From Hydrurus foetidus (lineage: Eukaryota), in contig UYFQ01000788.1 of the NCBI GenBank assembly GCA_900617105.1, forward strand, positions 1-64,000: a DNA stretch of 64,000 bases. Reading direction: 5' to 3'. The notes beneath the pieces were generated by a model. That model saw nothing but the letters and a program-made list of their open reading frames with translations, made no database searches and was not told the DNA's origin. Shown one piece after another: positions 26,208 through 39,000 of this stretch; position 1 is the first letter of the stretch, and the number at the start of each line of letters is the position of its first letter. The translations under genes were made by a program, and so were the position numbers.

Positions 26208-27013
26208 ATGGAGCCTATACCATCATGCACCCTTTACATAAATAATATCAATGAGAAAATCAAGCAGGATGTAGTCAAGAAAATGCTGTACATGGTGTTT
26301 TCTCAGTATGGCAAGGTAACCGACGTAATCGCTAAAAAAGGCTTGAAATTAAGAGGCCAAGCTTGGGTAGTCTTTGAGAATGAATCTTCAGCTGTTACCG
26401 CGCTTCGTGGAAAGCAAGGATTTAGCTTCTATGAAAAGCCGCTGGTGAGTTTATGACGCTCATTTCTACATGTTCACCCCCTAGATGATATGATTCAATC
26501 TCTAGCAGTTAATTGTTTTCTTCGTGATTACTTCGCACAGTATTCGCACTTCATCTCTGCTCTCTTGGCAGATGCTACATAAATTTTGAAAATAAATTTT
26601 TTGATATTCCTTTTCACAACTGTTCTGTCATGCGCTGTAAATGCTGTGACAATTTGAGTTCCTTCAGATACTCTGCAGTGACAGATGTCACAAAACACTT
26701 CTTGTGTATGTTCAGCATAAGCTCTAAAATAGAGAGCACTTCATGACATGTTTTGAGAACAATCCGTAGGAACGATTGAAACAGAAAACTCTTTACAAAA
26801 TAAATGACATTCCAAACTGTATTAATTTTTCTTTAGGCAATTCAATTCTCCAAAAACAAGACGGATTTGTCGAGAAAAAATGACGTGTTTGAAGTTACTT
26901 TAAAAAGAAAAAGAGATCCAGCCGCAGTAGATGATAAAGAAGAAGATGATGATGATGATGATAACGCAGAGGAAAATAACGATACTCCAGTTGTTTCCAT
27001 GCTAGAATCGTGA
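26208..27013 (+). CDS. U1A/U2B''-like spliceosomal RRM protein, single RRM (exons 26208-26444, 26837-27013)
   Basis: TLYINNINEKIK...LYMVFSQYGKV...KLRGQAWVVF...QGFSFYEKPLAIQFSK, followed by an acidic tail and stop. Confidence 0.85.
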
Positions 27014-27716
27014 TAGAGCTTCTCTTTTTGTATTTATAGCATTCTTTTTCTGATTACTTTGAAATCACAATTGCAATGTCTCACATATTGAGTCGCTCAC
27101 AGTGACACTCGCAATTGTTGACTGCTTCAAAATGACGGTATCGATGTCTTGATGTTTGAACTGATCACAACTGAAAAAACAGAAGATAAAAATGGACAGA
27201 AAGGGGGCAAATAGTATTGTTACGACTGCCTGCTTCTTACAGAAAAGCTCGAAACTCATTTTTACATTCACATCAAAAAACATCAAAATTCAAACTAAAA
27301 TAAAAAGAGTAAAAAATCATTTCTTCAGTATCATTTTGAGATCGAAAGACCACTAGAAGAACTGGGAGGTGTCGTATCTGAATACCAAAAAGATAATTTA
27401 CATTAATTAAAAAAATGTATCTTGATGGTAACTTTATCCAACAGTGGATAGCCCCAATATTAAAATTGAAAAATTCAAATTCAGTAGGGTAGCGGGTTGT
27501 ATTGACAACGGCAAAAAGCGCGAAATGTTTTCAGTTTTTATTTGCTCAAAATCAATCTCGTACATAGAGAGAAATATCAAAATATCTCAATGTTTACATC
27601 ATAAAAATAATACACAAATACATTATACCAAAAAATGTAGTAGGCCATCTGATGAGCTCCAGACCATCTAATATTTGTCAGACCATCTAGTCAATTAAAG
27701 ACCATCTAATGAACGG

Positions 27717-30700
27717 TTAAGCATCAATACTCCGTATAGCATCAACCGCATCTTTTGCCGCCTGACACATAGGCGGTGTTCTAATCTGATGCAACTTCCT
27801 AGTTGCAGAAGGTTCTTTACTATACACATCCAAGAACATTCTTTGAGCTTTCTCTAATCTCGGTGCTCTTTTTTCTGCCAGAATTTGAGCCATTTTTTCG
27901 TATGCTAATCTTCTGTACGACCACGATTGTCCAATTTGCCATTCAAATAACGGATTTTCCTACAGAATATACGGAAATGAAAAGGCGTTATGTAAACGAT
28001 TTAACTTGTGACGTACATTTGGAGTGTATTTGATGTTTAATATTTTAAACAGGAAAATCTTCGTAATAATCAATCTTCATACGTACGAGAATAATCATCG
28101 TTACAACAGCAGAAGAGAGTGGCACCTTTTCCGCGTAAATCTCAGATGGACTGATGATAAATCGATCACCCCACACCATACCAAAAAAACGAATTTTTTT
28201 GGGAACGTTGCTCTTTTTCATTTTTTAGTATGGTGTGGGGTCTGATTATCATCACTCCATCTGAGATTGACATCCGTTAAAAAGGCGCCAGTCTATTCTT
28301 CTGTTGTAATATACTGTACTCTTGACACATTTAATTTGGATAAAAACACATTGAAAATAATCACTGTATTGGATCATCGAAATCAATCTATCAACACAGC
28401 GGATAAGATGGTGCGTGAATATTGTCAGTGGACATTTCATAGATAACCGTTGCAGAGGAGATACCATCCGTTATCGTCTTCTGTTCGCTCCAAAGAAATC
28501 ACTCAACCATATATGATAGTAGAAACAATATTGCTCTATGTAAAATACTATTAGTAGAGCATTCAAGAAACATACGGACCAGGGGGACATCTTGAATTTG
28601 TACTAAATAATTGTAGTCAAACGTAAGCAGTAAGCAGTAAGTTTACATCACAAATTCCTTACTCTCAATTCTCTTTTCGTTCTCTCTCTCTTTACTTTCT
28701 TCTCTTTTTCTTACTTTCTTTCTTAATCTTATCTGTCTATTCATACGTCTTTTTGTCCATCCGTAAAATCATAAATCAGCTCATCTATACGTCCGCACAT
28801 GAACTTCAACCTCCTCTTTTACTGCTTTTATTTGCTCACCTTTTCAGCCGCGCCTTCTACTTGTTCCAGCCAGTCAGCCAGAGTTAACTCGAGGAAATCC
28901 AGCCACTCATCTTCGTCTATGACAAGTTATGTGTCAGATAAGACATGTATACAATGACGTGTATTTAGATAAAAATACGTATGGAGGAAAGTACATGTAC
29001 ATTAAAATGTGTATACAACTCATTTTGTAGCAACAATTCGGAGTTTAAATTTTATGTTGCTACATGATGTATGTATACTACTGTACGGGACATGACATAT
29101 AAATACATGTGATAATACAATGAATTACAACGACAATTACAATACGGGACATTTCAGTGTAATCAATCTTTAGGGAACAATTAGTTTTATGAAGTTCATT
29201 AAACTAATCAGTGCTACAACACAATGTAAGATGGTAAAAACTGAAATGAAAATAGAAATGAAAATAAAAGAGTTGCGATAATCACTTACCCTTAAGACAA
29301 ATTTTGAAACTCCCAAGCTCTCTTCTCGAAGTGAATTGAAACTTTCTCTCCTCTTCAAGTGCAGAATTATTTTCACTTTGATTCTCATTTTCGAAGTCGT
29401 TTTTCATGTCCATAATTTGTATACTGTTTCCCTCTCCAATATTTTCCGGATCAAATGTTCGGTTATACAGTGAACAGTCTACCGAATATCTGTCTACCAC
29501 ACAAAACATCCAAGCTAGCTTTTCCGCTCTTACTCCGATGAGCTGTTTTTATTCATAACAAGTACTTTTGATGTTATTATTCTTTTCTTCATTTTGTAGA
29601 GTTGTGGATGATTATAAATTACAGGAGTCTTATACAAATAGACGGCAATATCGTTTACCGATGATAACCGGTAAACTACACCTCACACACTTCATCATTG
29701 TCACACATACATAAAACATACTACAGTAATTTTTTCAACAAGTATCAATACTTTGCAGTAAATAAAACAAATTAAATACTTACTTTTCTAATATCAGGTC
29801 TTCTTGAAAAAGATAATTTGTATCCCTGAAATCCTTCTGTTCCGTAAATTGAATGAAAAAGACCCGCGTCACAAATGGCCTGATCCGACCCCCACACACG
29901 AAGTACCGATTGTACCCCCTTTAGGTGCTCATCGAATGTTATAGAACCTGGTGAATTAGTTGGAAATTTTGAAATGAATTAATATTTTCATTTCTTTTTG
30001 TGATCAAAACAATTTCTCAAAATTCTTTTTTGGAATGTTTAAGAATAATTCAATAATTTAATCTTATTTTGCTCCTGTCTGTGCAACAGTGATGCAGGTA
30101 AGAAATAGGATGAATATGAATGTCCTCAAGCTCAAAGCTCGTGTTTCTATTTGATCTGATTGATGCACACAAATGCCGAACCAAGAAACCACACAGCAAA
30201 AAAACATCAAATAGACATTTTTCCTTTCAAATGACATCGTCTGTGAAATACAGCTTCAAAAAATGTCTGTATGTTGGTTTTTTATGCTAGGAGTGGTCTG
30301 GGTCCAGCATTAAAGTAGATCAAATAAAATAAAACAAAATAAAATCACTCATAAAACACGAGCCTTTAGCTCTTTTCAGGATGATGCTGGTGCATCATAA
30401 CCATACACGTTGCAATTCAATGGAAGTGCAAAATAGAGAAAACAGAAGACAAGAAAAGGCCAATGAGAAGAAATGATATCAAATTGATTTGATCAAAATC
30501 ATCTATTCCATATAATTCTGTCTCTGCTAAAGAGATGTTCTTATGTTGTCAAAAGAAATAGGCCACATGCAAACTCTAAATAAATTGCTAAGCCTCAATA
30601 TCTGAGTGATGAAAGAAATTTCTGCGGAATGTGCGCCAAAACATATTATGGATTGTAAACTTCGAGCTCAGTAACGAACGCTGCTGTGAAACTTCTCATT

Positions 30701-31020
30701 CAATCTCACGCATTCTTAAAAGTGGAAATCTCAATCTTCTAGAATCCGGCATGCAGTTTCAGGTAGTATCCAACATGAAAACAATAAAAGTGTGTTTCAC
30801 CAGTGTGGGCAAGAGCTTCAGGTATTGATTCTTTTAAGAAATTATGCAGCTCCGCGTCATGAGACTCCCAATTCTTAAATGAAGCATCTTGGCCGTCACT
30901 CCCGAACCCTCCCATCACTTTCCAGGCTTCAACAGCGTGTGAAGAGCTGCACCTTCTAGTCAAACTGACCAAACAGACGGTGAACAATGGTAACCTCGCC
31001 CTCGCAGATGAAACAAACAT
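27717..31020 (-). CDS. DUF6817-like conserved protein (5 exons ~31020-30801, 29947-29785, 29542-29290, 28917-28840, 27959-27717)
   Basis: Spliced reading: LAHTGSITFDEHLKGVQSVLRVWG...DAGLFHSIYGTEGFQG...LIGVRAEKLAWMFCVVDR...LTLADWLEQVEGAAEK...WSYRRLAYEKMA...RTPPMCQAA*. Most exons are missing from the ORF track. The family name is recalled from the HSxYGT motif. Confidence 0.75.
28135..28271. repeat. Imperfect inverted repeat (~50-bp arms), MITE-like, in the last intron of the DUF6817-like gene
   Basis: AATCTCAGATGGACTGATGATAAATCGATCACCCCACACCATACCAAAAAA versus the reverse complement of the right arm AATCTCAGATGGAGTGATGATAATCAGACCCCACACCATACTAAAAAA. Confidence 0.75.
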
Positions 31021-33218
31021 TATTGCAATCAAATCCAAAAATCACAAACGATGAATGCGCCCTAAGCTGAAGCTGGGATATCTCCAACTCCTTAGATGAC
31101 ACTTCTACTTCCAGGGAGCAACCAAATGTGAAGATTGAGATGAGATCGAGATGAGATGAGTAGTTGCCAGCTCAACTAAACGTCACACTTCAGACTTCAG
31201 AGTTACCCACAGAGGTGTCAGCGAAATACTGAAAAGAACCACAAAAATACCTAAATATTACAGTTGGGTCAATTTTTTTTTCATGAACGAATGTTTTTAG
31301 TTTTTACCTCCATAGCCCTACGAATTGCAATTCAAATAAGAAACACTATCGGATTAAAGTACGCTAGCTGCTTCTTGAATTATTTGCGGGTGTTTGGAAG
31401 TCGACCACTGATAAGAATAGCCCACTCTACAATTGATGTATGATAACTGTCAAGATTTTGTTGATTGCTGTAGTGCAGGATGTGATTCATGATCGCAGTT
31501 AATTATGATGCACTACGAATGACCTAGTCATCTCAAAGAATGCCCCCTCTGTGTTCGACTGCACTACATGCACTGAAATTGTGCCAGTCGCTCCGGAACT
31601 CTATGTCGTGAAATCCTTCACTTAAATCTGTCGATAGACATCAAAATCATGCCCATCTACTCAGAAATTGACATGCCTGTTATGACTACTATGTTAGCGT
31701 ATGTGAGATCAGATGGCGGATAATCCTATGAGAACGTGCGTGCCGTACCGTCATATGCACCGGAGTAAAACATGTCTGAGTCACTATGATTCACAGCAAA
31801 TTAAATAGCCATTGATTCTAAATTAGAAGAAATAGCATGATGATATTCCACCGATTTCAGCCCTTTTTTTCTTTTTTTGTATACACATTCCGCCCCAATT
31901 TGCTTATTCTACAGTAAATTGTAAATTTGACCTTTAAATGAAATTTCTTGATTTTTTTCCAGATTCCGTGAAAATTTGGGCGACTTTCCCCTCAATTTAA
32001 AATATAGAATTTGGCGAATTTTATTCGAGAATAAAATCAGTCACTGAATTTTGCTCGAATTATTCTGAATTTTAGATTCCGATCTAGGTTGATGTGTACG
32101 ACCAAGACAATGTTTGGGCAGTTTCACTTAGGTGTCACTGGTGGTAGAAGGTGTAACTTTTAATTACGACTTCATTTTTCTGTCTCGTCAGATTTGGGGC
32201 CCATCTATTCCGTATTCCGTACATCGTACACCGAATACTTTCCACCGCAGAGAGGCTGTGTGCTGCGTAGACCAATGAGCAAAAAAGATAAAACATGTAC
32301 ACGCGGTAAGCTCCTCCGGATAAATGTATGCACGTAAGCAAGCGTACTTACGAACGTTCGTGCAATGCATTGTTTTACATAATATGTAAATTTCCGTGAG
32401 TAAGCGAGCGCATGTAATGCCTACTGACCTGCGGAGCAGAGAGAATATTTGTCTTACAAACGAATACAAAAAACTACGAAAAAAAACATTTTCTATGTTT
32501 CGAGTTGATAAGCACGATTTTAAATTTTTAACATTATGAGAACATAAACAATGTCACTCTATATTTATTGCCAAAACTGGATGCGATAAGGAAGATAAAA
32601 GTGCGCCAAACATACAAGGAAGGAAAGGTTCTCAATAGAAAAATGGTAAAAAAATATGTACGTAAACTATGCGAAATTTCACGTCACAACCTGAAAGCTA
32701 AAAAAACTGAATTTCAAGCTATGGAAAGAAAGATAGAAAACAGAAAAGTTGCAATAATCTACTTCTAGTGAGGTTACTTTCGATATTAAATGTAATAACT
32801 AACAGGGGGTAGGCCTCTCAAAATTATGGTGGTTCATTGGCCGATTGTTCTATCTGATTCACACTCGATGAAATTTTAGTAGGAGAGTCACCAATTATGG
32901 TCTTCACATTCCGATCACCTTCATGAACACAAACAAGATCACGTACGTACTGCTTCGGAACATCTCACTACCTACGAAGATTTATCATTATTTATTATTA
33001 TTCGTTGAGAACTACTTGACACTTGAGATACACTCCTGTGATATCTATATTGCGGGGATTTCAGATTAAAACAGTTTCATGCATTTCACATACTGCAAAT
33101 TACAAATTATGACGAAGTAGTCAAAAACCCACCTTAAATAGGGCTAATACAGCAACAATTTCACTTTCTACTGAAAATAGAGAGCTACTTACGGCCGATT
33201 TTAGACTAATATACGATA

Positions 33219-33957
33219 CTATCTCACCTCTTTCTTGGGAAAGAGAAAAGGGCTCACATTCAACCCTTGCACGCCTCCTGCTATATCACTGTTCAACACT
33301 GCATCACACGCGCTTGCACTGCCATGGGAACTGTTGTCGGTGTTATCTTCCGATCCGTCCAGTGAAGAATTCCGTGCCAACAGAGGTGGACTCGGTAAAT
33401 AGTGAGCGGAAGGCAGAGAAAGAGGAGCGAGATTGTATATTGCCGGTATGTAGTTGTTCATGTTGTTCAAGTGTATGGCCTTGTTGCTGCTGCTACTATT
33501 GTTGTTGTTGTTGTTGTTGTTCTCACTATTGATGTTGTTCACATTATTAATGTTACTATTACCGTTATTATCAATACCATTACTACTACTGCTATGATTA
33601 TTGTTGTTATTATTATTATTGTTATTGTTATTATTATTATTATTGCTTGGGGGGTTAAGAGTGCTAGCACTCATATTAGTCAAAGCATGTTGATGCTGTG
33701 TTGCCAAGTGAGAGGAGGTGAGGTACGAAGAAGGGTGGGTGTAATTGTTGGAATAGCCACCATACGGATTGCAATGTAGGGGTAACAACGGCAATGACGC
33801 CCCCCCTCCGTAATACAAATCTCCGTTCAGACCAGCGTAATGAGGGTTAGCTGCCAATTGCGCATTCATCATGTAGCTGTGATGCATCGCTTCAGAAGAC
33901 ATGGATGTGATATTGCTGTCTCCGTGCCATCCGTTAGACTCTTCTTTGTAGCTTGAA
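33219..33957 (-). CDS. Poly-Asn low-complexity exon, probably the C-terminus of the GARP/Myb gene or a separate gene
   Basis: Open frame of >227 aa with AAT/AAC tracts, preceded by an acceptor-like TTAAG. The splice link to the upstream exon was not resolved. Confidence 0.5.
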
Positions 33958-34341
33958 CTTAAATTAAAATGCTACTCGTAGTAAGTTGTTCAAGGAAAAA
34001 GGAGGGAAAATGTGTTGAAAAAAGAAGGGAGAGTTTGTTAATGAAAGATGAAATGGTTCCATTATTGAGTATGTTGAGAGGAGAGGAATGTACAAAAGTA
34101 AGGATGGTAGTGAGATAATGGGAGAATTGAGAACAGCATTGAGTACGATTGTGTGTAGGAGGCAGAGTAACAGTACATGCACCGCGTAGTGATGTCATTG
34201 TCATCGGCACTGGCAATGCGAACACTAAAACGATAGGGTAATTGTTTCATGGCGCCTTATTTAGAATAAAACACTCAACACATGGATTTAGTGTGTGGTC
34301 TAAAATACGATATACAAATATACCGAATTGATTCTGTTGTG

Positions 34342-35643
34342 CTATTTCACGCCACTCGAATCAAGGTCTAGATAATTAACGGTCGGAAGAGCTACCACAT
34401 GAAAGGACGGAAAAGATTCACGAATTACCTGTCTGCTTCCTTTCATCATTTTCGCGTATTTCGCTTCATGCTCGTAGTCACTTGGCCCGAAATTGTCATG
34501 TCCGATTTTAGAAGTGTCCTGCATTGATTCTTCATACAATGCCCGCCATTCCGCATACAGCTGAGACGCTTGAGTTACTATGTTTTTGTATACTGTAAGA
34601 TTTTTCAGTTTTCTAGGACTGCCAGCTGTCGTTGGGGAGGAGGTGTGGGGACAGGAACGAGGAGATGTGGAGGTGGAAGTGATAGGTGGCATCGTATTGC
34701 AATGAATATTGTCAATGTTCCGCATACTGCTTGCTGCATCAATTATTTCAACAAGTGGAATGGCACTCGCACTAGATACGCATGGATCCCTGAGGGACAG
34801 TGTCTCATTGTTCTTTTTCGAACTTTTCATTTCCCATCCTTTCGCATCTTCCCACGTTGCAAAGTCGTCCCTCATAAATTCGTTATAAAATGCAAGGAAT
34901 TCGTCTTTGCTCCTCTCATGATGTATTCTATACTTCTGCAAGTGGGATTTTAAATGTTCCGAATGGAGGCCTGTGTACATGGGCATCAAAGACATCAGAA
35001 CCTTAGGAGAAGAATGTTTCAATCCGAGTTCAAATACAGCCGTTGCGAAGTCCGGTTCAAATTCCTTCGGGAAACTTGTTTCAAATAGCCTGAAGTCTTC
35101 ACTCTGAATTCCAGTGTCGCCGGGAACTTCGTTCCCTTCAAATATGCCTTCTCTTCCTCTTTTCTTCTTTTTCTTACAGTCGCTTGAGTCGGATGAACAG
35201 TCAATGGATTCTCCACGAATTCGATTTTTCTTCTCGGTATTTTGTGACGTCCCAACTGGGATGTCTGACTCATGTCCTGATTTTGCTTCGTTGCCTTCCT
35301 CTCCTTGATTTTCATCAGTCCTGGTGGGTGATGTTTTTCCTGCACGAATCAGAAATAGTAGCAGATCTATCATTACGCTGTCAGGATGTAAGATAAAATG
35401 CCGTGAAGCCCCCGATTGCAGTAGAGCTCTATGCTATAGTTTGCTCCATAAGTGCAATAAGTTGTTTGAAGGACAACGCTTCTAAAAAGATAGGATTTCA
35501 AAATTTCGATGGTTGTTGGTGCCAAGATTATTGCAGACAAGCGCACCACTTCCACGAACATTTTTCGGCAACAGGTAGGTTGCACTGGTCTAACCTACAT
35601 CTTGTCCTCGACAACCATCTTCACTCTGACCTCGTGTTCTCAT
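34342..35643 (-). CDS. GARP/SHAQKYF-class Myb-like transcription factor (exon 35643-35595, intron, exon from 35339)
   Basis: FATAVFELGLKHSSPKVLMSLM...LHSEHLKSHLQKYR. Phase-compatible intron 35594-35340. 3' end uncertain. Confidence 0.85.
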
Positions 35644-36288
35644 ATCTCCAGGCGAAGACGGATCGGGTCAGCTGAGGGGCGACCTTGCCGTTCGTTGACA
35701 CCGCCTCGAGTGGAGTATCGTCCGTGTAACCGATATTGCTCGTCGTGAACTTTTGGAGTAATGGCTGCGAAATTGTTTGAGGCACTACGGTGAACTGAAA
35801 TAGTTTGGGTATTGAGATTCGATGTCGCAAGTGTTCGTTGGGTACAAGAATGAATCTCGACCTGTGCTGATGAGTTTCATCGTTTCATCTAGTGATCGAA
35901 TCCCAAATCCGAAATCGAATCGTGTGTTCCTTTCAGTGAACCGTGTGTGGGGGTGGGAATTTGAACGTTCGTACTTCGTATGGGACAGAGGGGGGGATTC
36001 AGCAGATTTTCACACAAAAAAAGGCCATTACTTAGACCGTTCCTTACGGGCAGAAAACTAAAAACCAAAAAGACGATTTCATTCTCAGTCGTAGATTTTT
36101 TTCCTGTCGACACTTATGGGCTGCAAAAGTGAAACTAGAAACGGCAACATGAAAAGAGGAGAAAGTCGTCAAATTTTCAAAATTAATTTCAAACTCAAGC
36201 TTCAGATGTCTTCTCACTTTTCACATCGATCTCGCCATCAATATACACATACCTCCCACAATCACACTGCATCGGTTAGTAGGAAGCC

Positions 36289-38986
36289 ATGCTCACTAAC
36301 CTGCAGAAGGTGAAGATTCTACAGAACCTGCTCTGTCTAGTGTCTGTAAATTATGTCTACGTTTCTGGAGAATCACATGGTAAAGAGGGCAAGGAGAAGA
36401 AAGTCTTCGGGATATTCGAGGCAGAATTGGCTCTATTCCTCGAGAAAAAAGGGCGCTGGGCGGCTATGACTGAATTTTATGGAGAATCTTTCACATCTGA
36501 GGCGCTTCGCCAATCCACAAAGGCAAACGTCCTGTCGAGTGATAAAATTTGGGAGAGGGGAATGCTCATGCGACGCGAGCTCGTCAATTGGTTAGCAGAC
36601 TACGGAAAGATTCTGAACTTCACGACTTTGAAGCCTCTCGTTGACGCGGAAGACGCAAGCGATGCTGCGAGAGAATTTTTTTTGCTCGAGTTGAACGAGG
36701 ACTCCGGTGGAAATGCCGACAGTGAACTTCTCAAGATTCTCCAGAAGGTGCTCGCAAAAACTGATCCTAGATGGTGACTTGCCGAGTAGTTAACTGTTTG
36801 AGTATTTTTATAGGTTTATGACGACTTTCTGCTGAGTAAGACGAAGTCGCCTGTCATCAACATTGATGGTACAGCTCCGTGCCCGATTGAAGTGAAAGCA
36901 AATTCATCTGAGGTACCGAATGGATTTTTTACTTTCGGCTATATTGCCATGAAGTATTTGATAGTAAAAGCATATAAAGGTGAGAAAATTTTCTGTGATA
37001 TGTTCAACATTTAAAAGCATTTCCGCATCAGATGACATCGATATCAATCTCTTTGTTATGATAGGTGAAAAGGACACTTTCATGGTCTCTTACCTAGTTT
37101 CTAAAGGAGCGACTGGTCTACCTGCAGGCGACATCGTTACGAAGTCTAGAAAAGAGCTTGCGATTGCAAACAGGTAGCCAAAAGAGTTCTCATATTTTTA
37201 CTCCATAAACTTACGGTCTTGTAACAGCTGTAAACTCTCAACTTTATCCAAAGGTCCAAAGCTGAAGTCGTCATTACGAAACGAAGTGATACTTTGTTTC
37301 AGTATGATCTAAGTAATCGAAATTTCGCCAAAGATCAAATGACCTATCACCTGGAGGTAGCCGCATCGCAGAATGAAATGAAGTAAGAATATTTGAACAA
37401 ATACGTGCAGGCATTCATTTGTGCAGACATTCATGTAAATGCACGCACTGTTATGCACATGCACACATATGCACACACATCCACACACACACACTCATGC
37501 ACATGCACTCACACACACACACTCATGCACACACACACTCATGCACACACACATATATACACACTCATGCACATCCACACACACACACATGCACTCACAC
37601 ACACCATACAATCATGCTGCCACTCACATCTGCTATCGGTCATGCACATCACCACCTGCTGCAATCTTATCGTTGCACATATCATGCCACCTGCCATCGT
37701 CTTATCGATGCACACCTGATCCACATCCACACTGCATCCGCACACCTGCCACCTGCGGCATCGATGCCTCTGCCATGCTGCTGGATACATCTGTCCATCT
37801 GCCAGATCATGCACGCATCAAACACACACACAGCACACGCAGCTCATTACCTGCCACACATCGATCTTTTATCGATCTGCACACAGTCGTTATCCACGGT
37901 TTGCAGCACATGCATTCACCTGGACCTGCATCAATATGCTCCATGCTGCACTCATGCATATGGACTCACATGCTGCCATTAACGTGCTGATGCTTTTTGT
38001 CAAACTGAATCTGTGCACACACCACATCACACACACACAAACACCACACCTGGATCATGCACTCATGCTGTCACACACTCAATGCATATCGGACCAGGAT
38101 CGATGCACATATCCACCTGCATCGATGCTTCACCGCGCACACCTGCCACCTGCCTGCCTGCCTGCACTCATGCTGCACATCATTCTGGAACACACTCATC
38201 GTCTTCACCTCACTCGCATTAACACCTGCACACACTGCCTGCACCTTGCTGCATCATGAACACACACTATCATGCGCATTTATCACACACACTCATGCTG
38301 CACCACCACACACATCATGCACATTGCTGCACACTGCATCATGCATTAATGGACACACTGCACACTGTCACCATCGATTACACGTCTTTATCATAAATTC
38401 TACCTGACTCATGCGCATCTGCCACCTCACTGCATTCATCGTGCTGCACTCACTGCACTCCTTTCCTCCACTTACTGTTTCACTTCTTTACTCTCACTGC
38501 ACTGCCTTCTTTCACTGCCATTACTTCCTTCACTCTCTCACTACTGTTGTATTAAAAAGCATGGAGAGTATAATGGATAAGGACGAGTTTCAACGAGACA
38601 TGCGAGAACTTTATCAGCGTATGAGATCGATGACCAGCGAATTTGGAATAAGGAAGGCTAAAATGGATTCATGCAAGAGAGGACTTGATGAGGATTTTGA
38701 TATGCAAAAAACACACGTAAAACAAGAGATTATAAAGACAGAACACAATCTAAAGAAAGCAAAAATCAGCACCCCTGCCGCAAAAAAGAGCGTTTTTAGT
38801 GGGACGACCTTGGATACATCAACCAAAAAAATCTCAAGCTCTGGTCAAAGCTCGTGTAGTAGTACTAGCAGCAGTAGCTTCAAGAGTCCTGATTCTGAAT
38901 TAACAGGTCACCCAGACCACATCACTGAGTTCTCATCACTTAGTACTGAAGAGAACTTGTTTGATGTAGATTATGATTTAGATTAG
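36289..38986 (+). CDS. Harbinger companion (ORF1) protein of unknown family, 5 exons (~36289-36747, 36814-36979, 37065-37172, 37254-37382, 38560-38986)
   Basis: Four GT-AG introns give phase-compatible joins into one frame. C-terminal coiled-coil/basic/Ser-rich region. Lies within the TIRs, convergent with the transposase. Start uncertain. Confidence 0.65.
37430..38470 (+). repeat. Degenerate CA/CAT-rich low-complexity tract (CATGCACAC-like units) inside an intron of the transposon ORF1
   Basis: ~1 kb of CACACAC/CATGCA/CACCTG iterations between donor 37383 and acceptor 38559. Confidence 0.85.
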
Positions 38987-39000
38987 AAATATGCGACTTA

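Noticed and set aside
27643..27710. Repeat-spacer pattern resembling a mini CRISPR array
   Set aside because: Repeats are 10 bp and spacers ~9 bp, far too short; eukaryotic context, no cas genes.
31100..33200. 2-kb gene-free region with short ORFs and possible TE remnants
   Set aside because: No TIRs, TSDs, RNA-gene signature or protein motif could be supported by eye.
33402..33779. Hydrophobic Ile/Val-rich + strand ORF
   Set aside because: Antisense reading of the AAT/AAC poly-Asn tract.
37393..38407. His/Cys/Thr-rich ORFs in several frames (possible metal-binding proteins)
   Set aside because: By-products of a CA-rich simple repeat lying in a phase-compatible intron; open in multiple frames.
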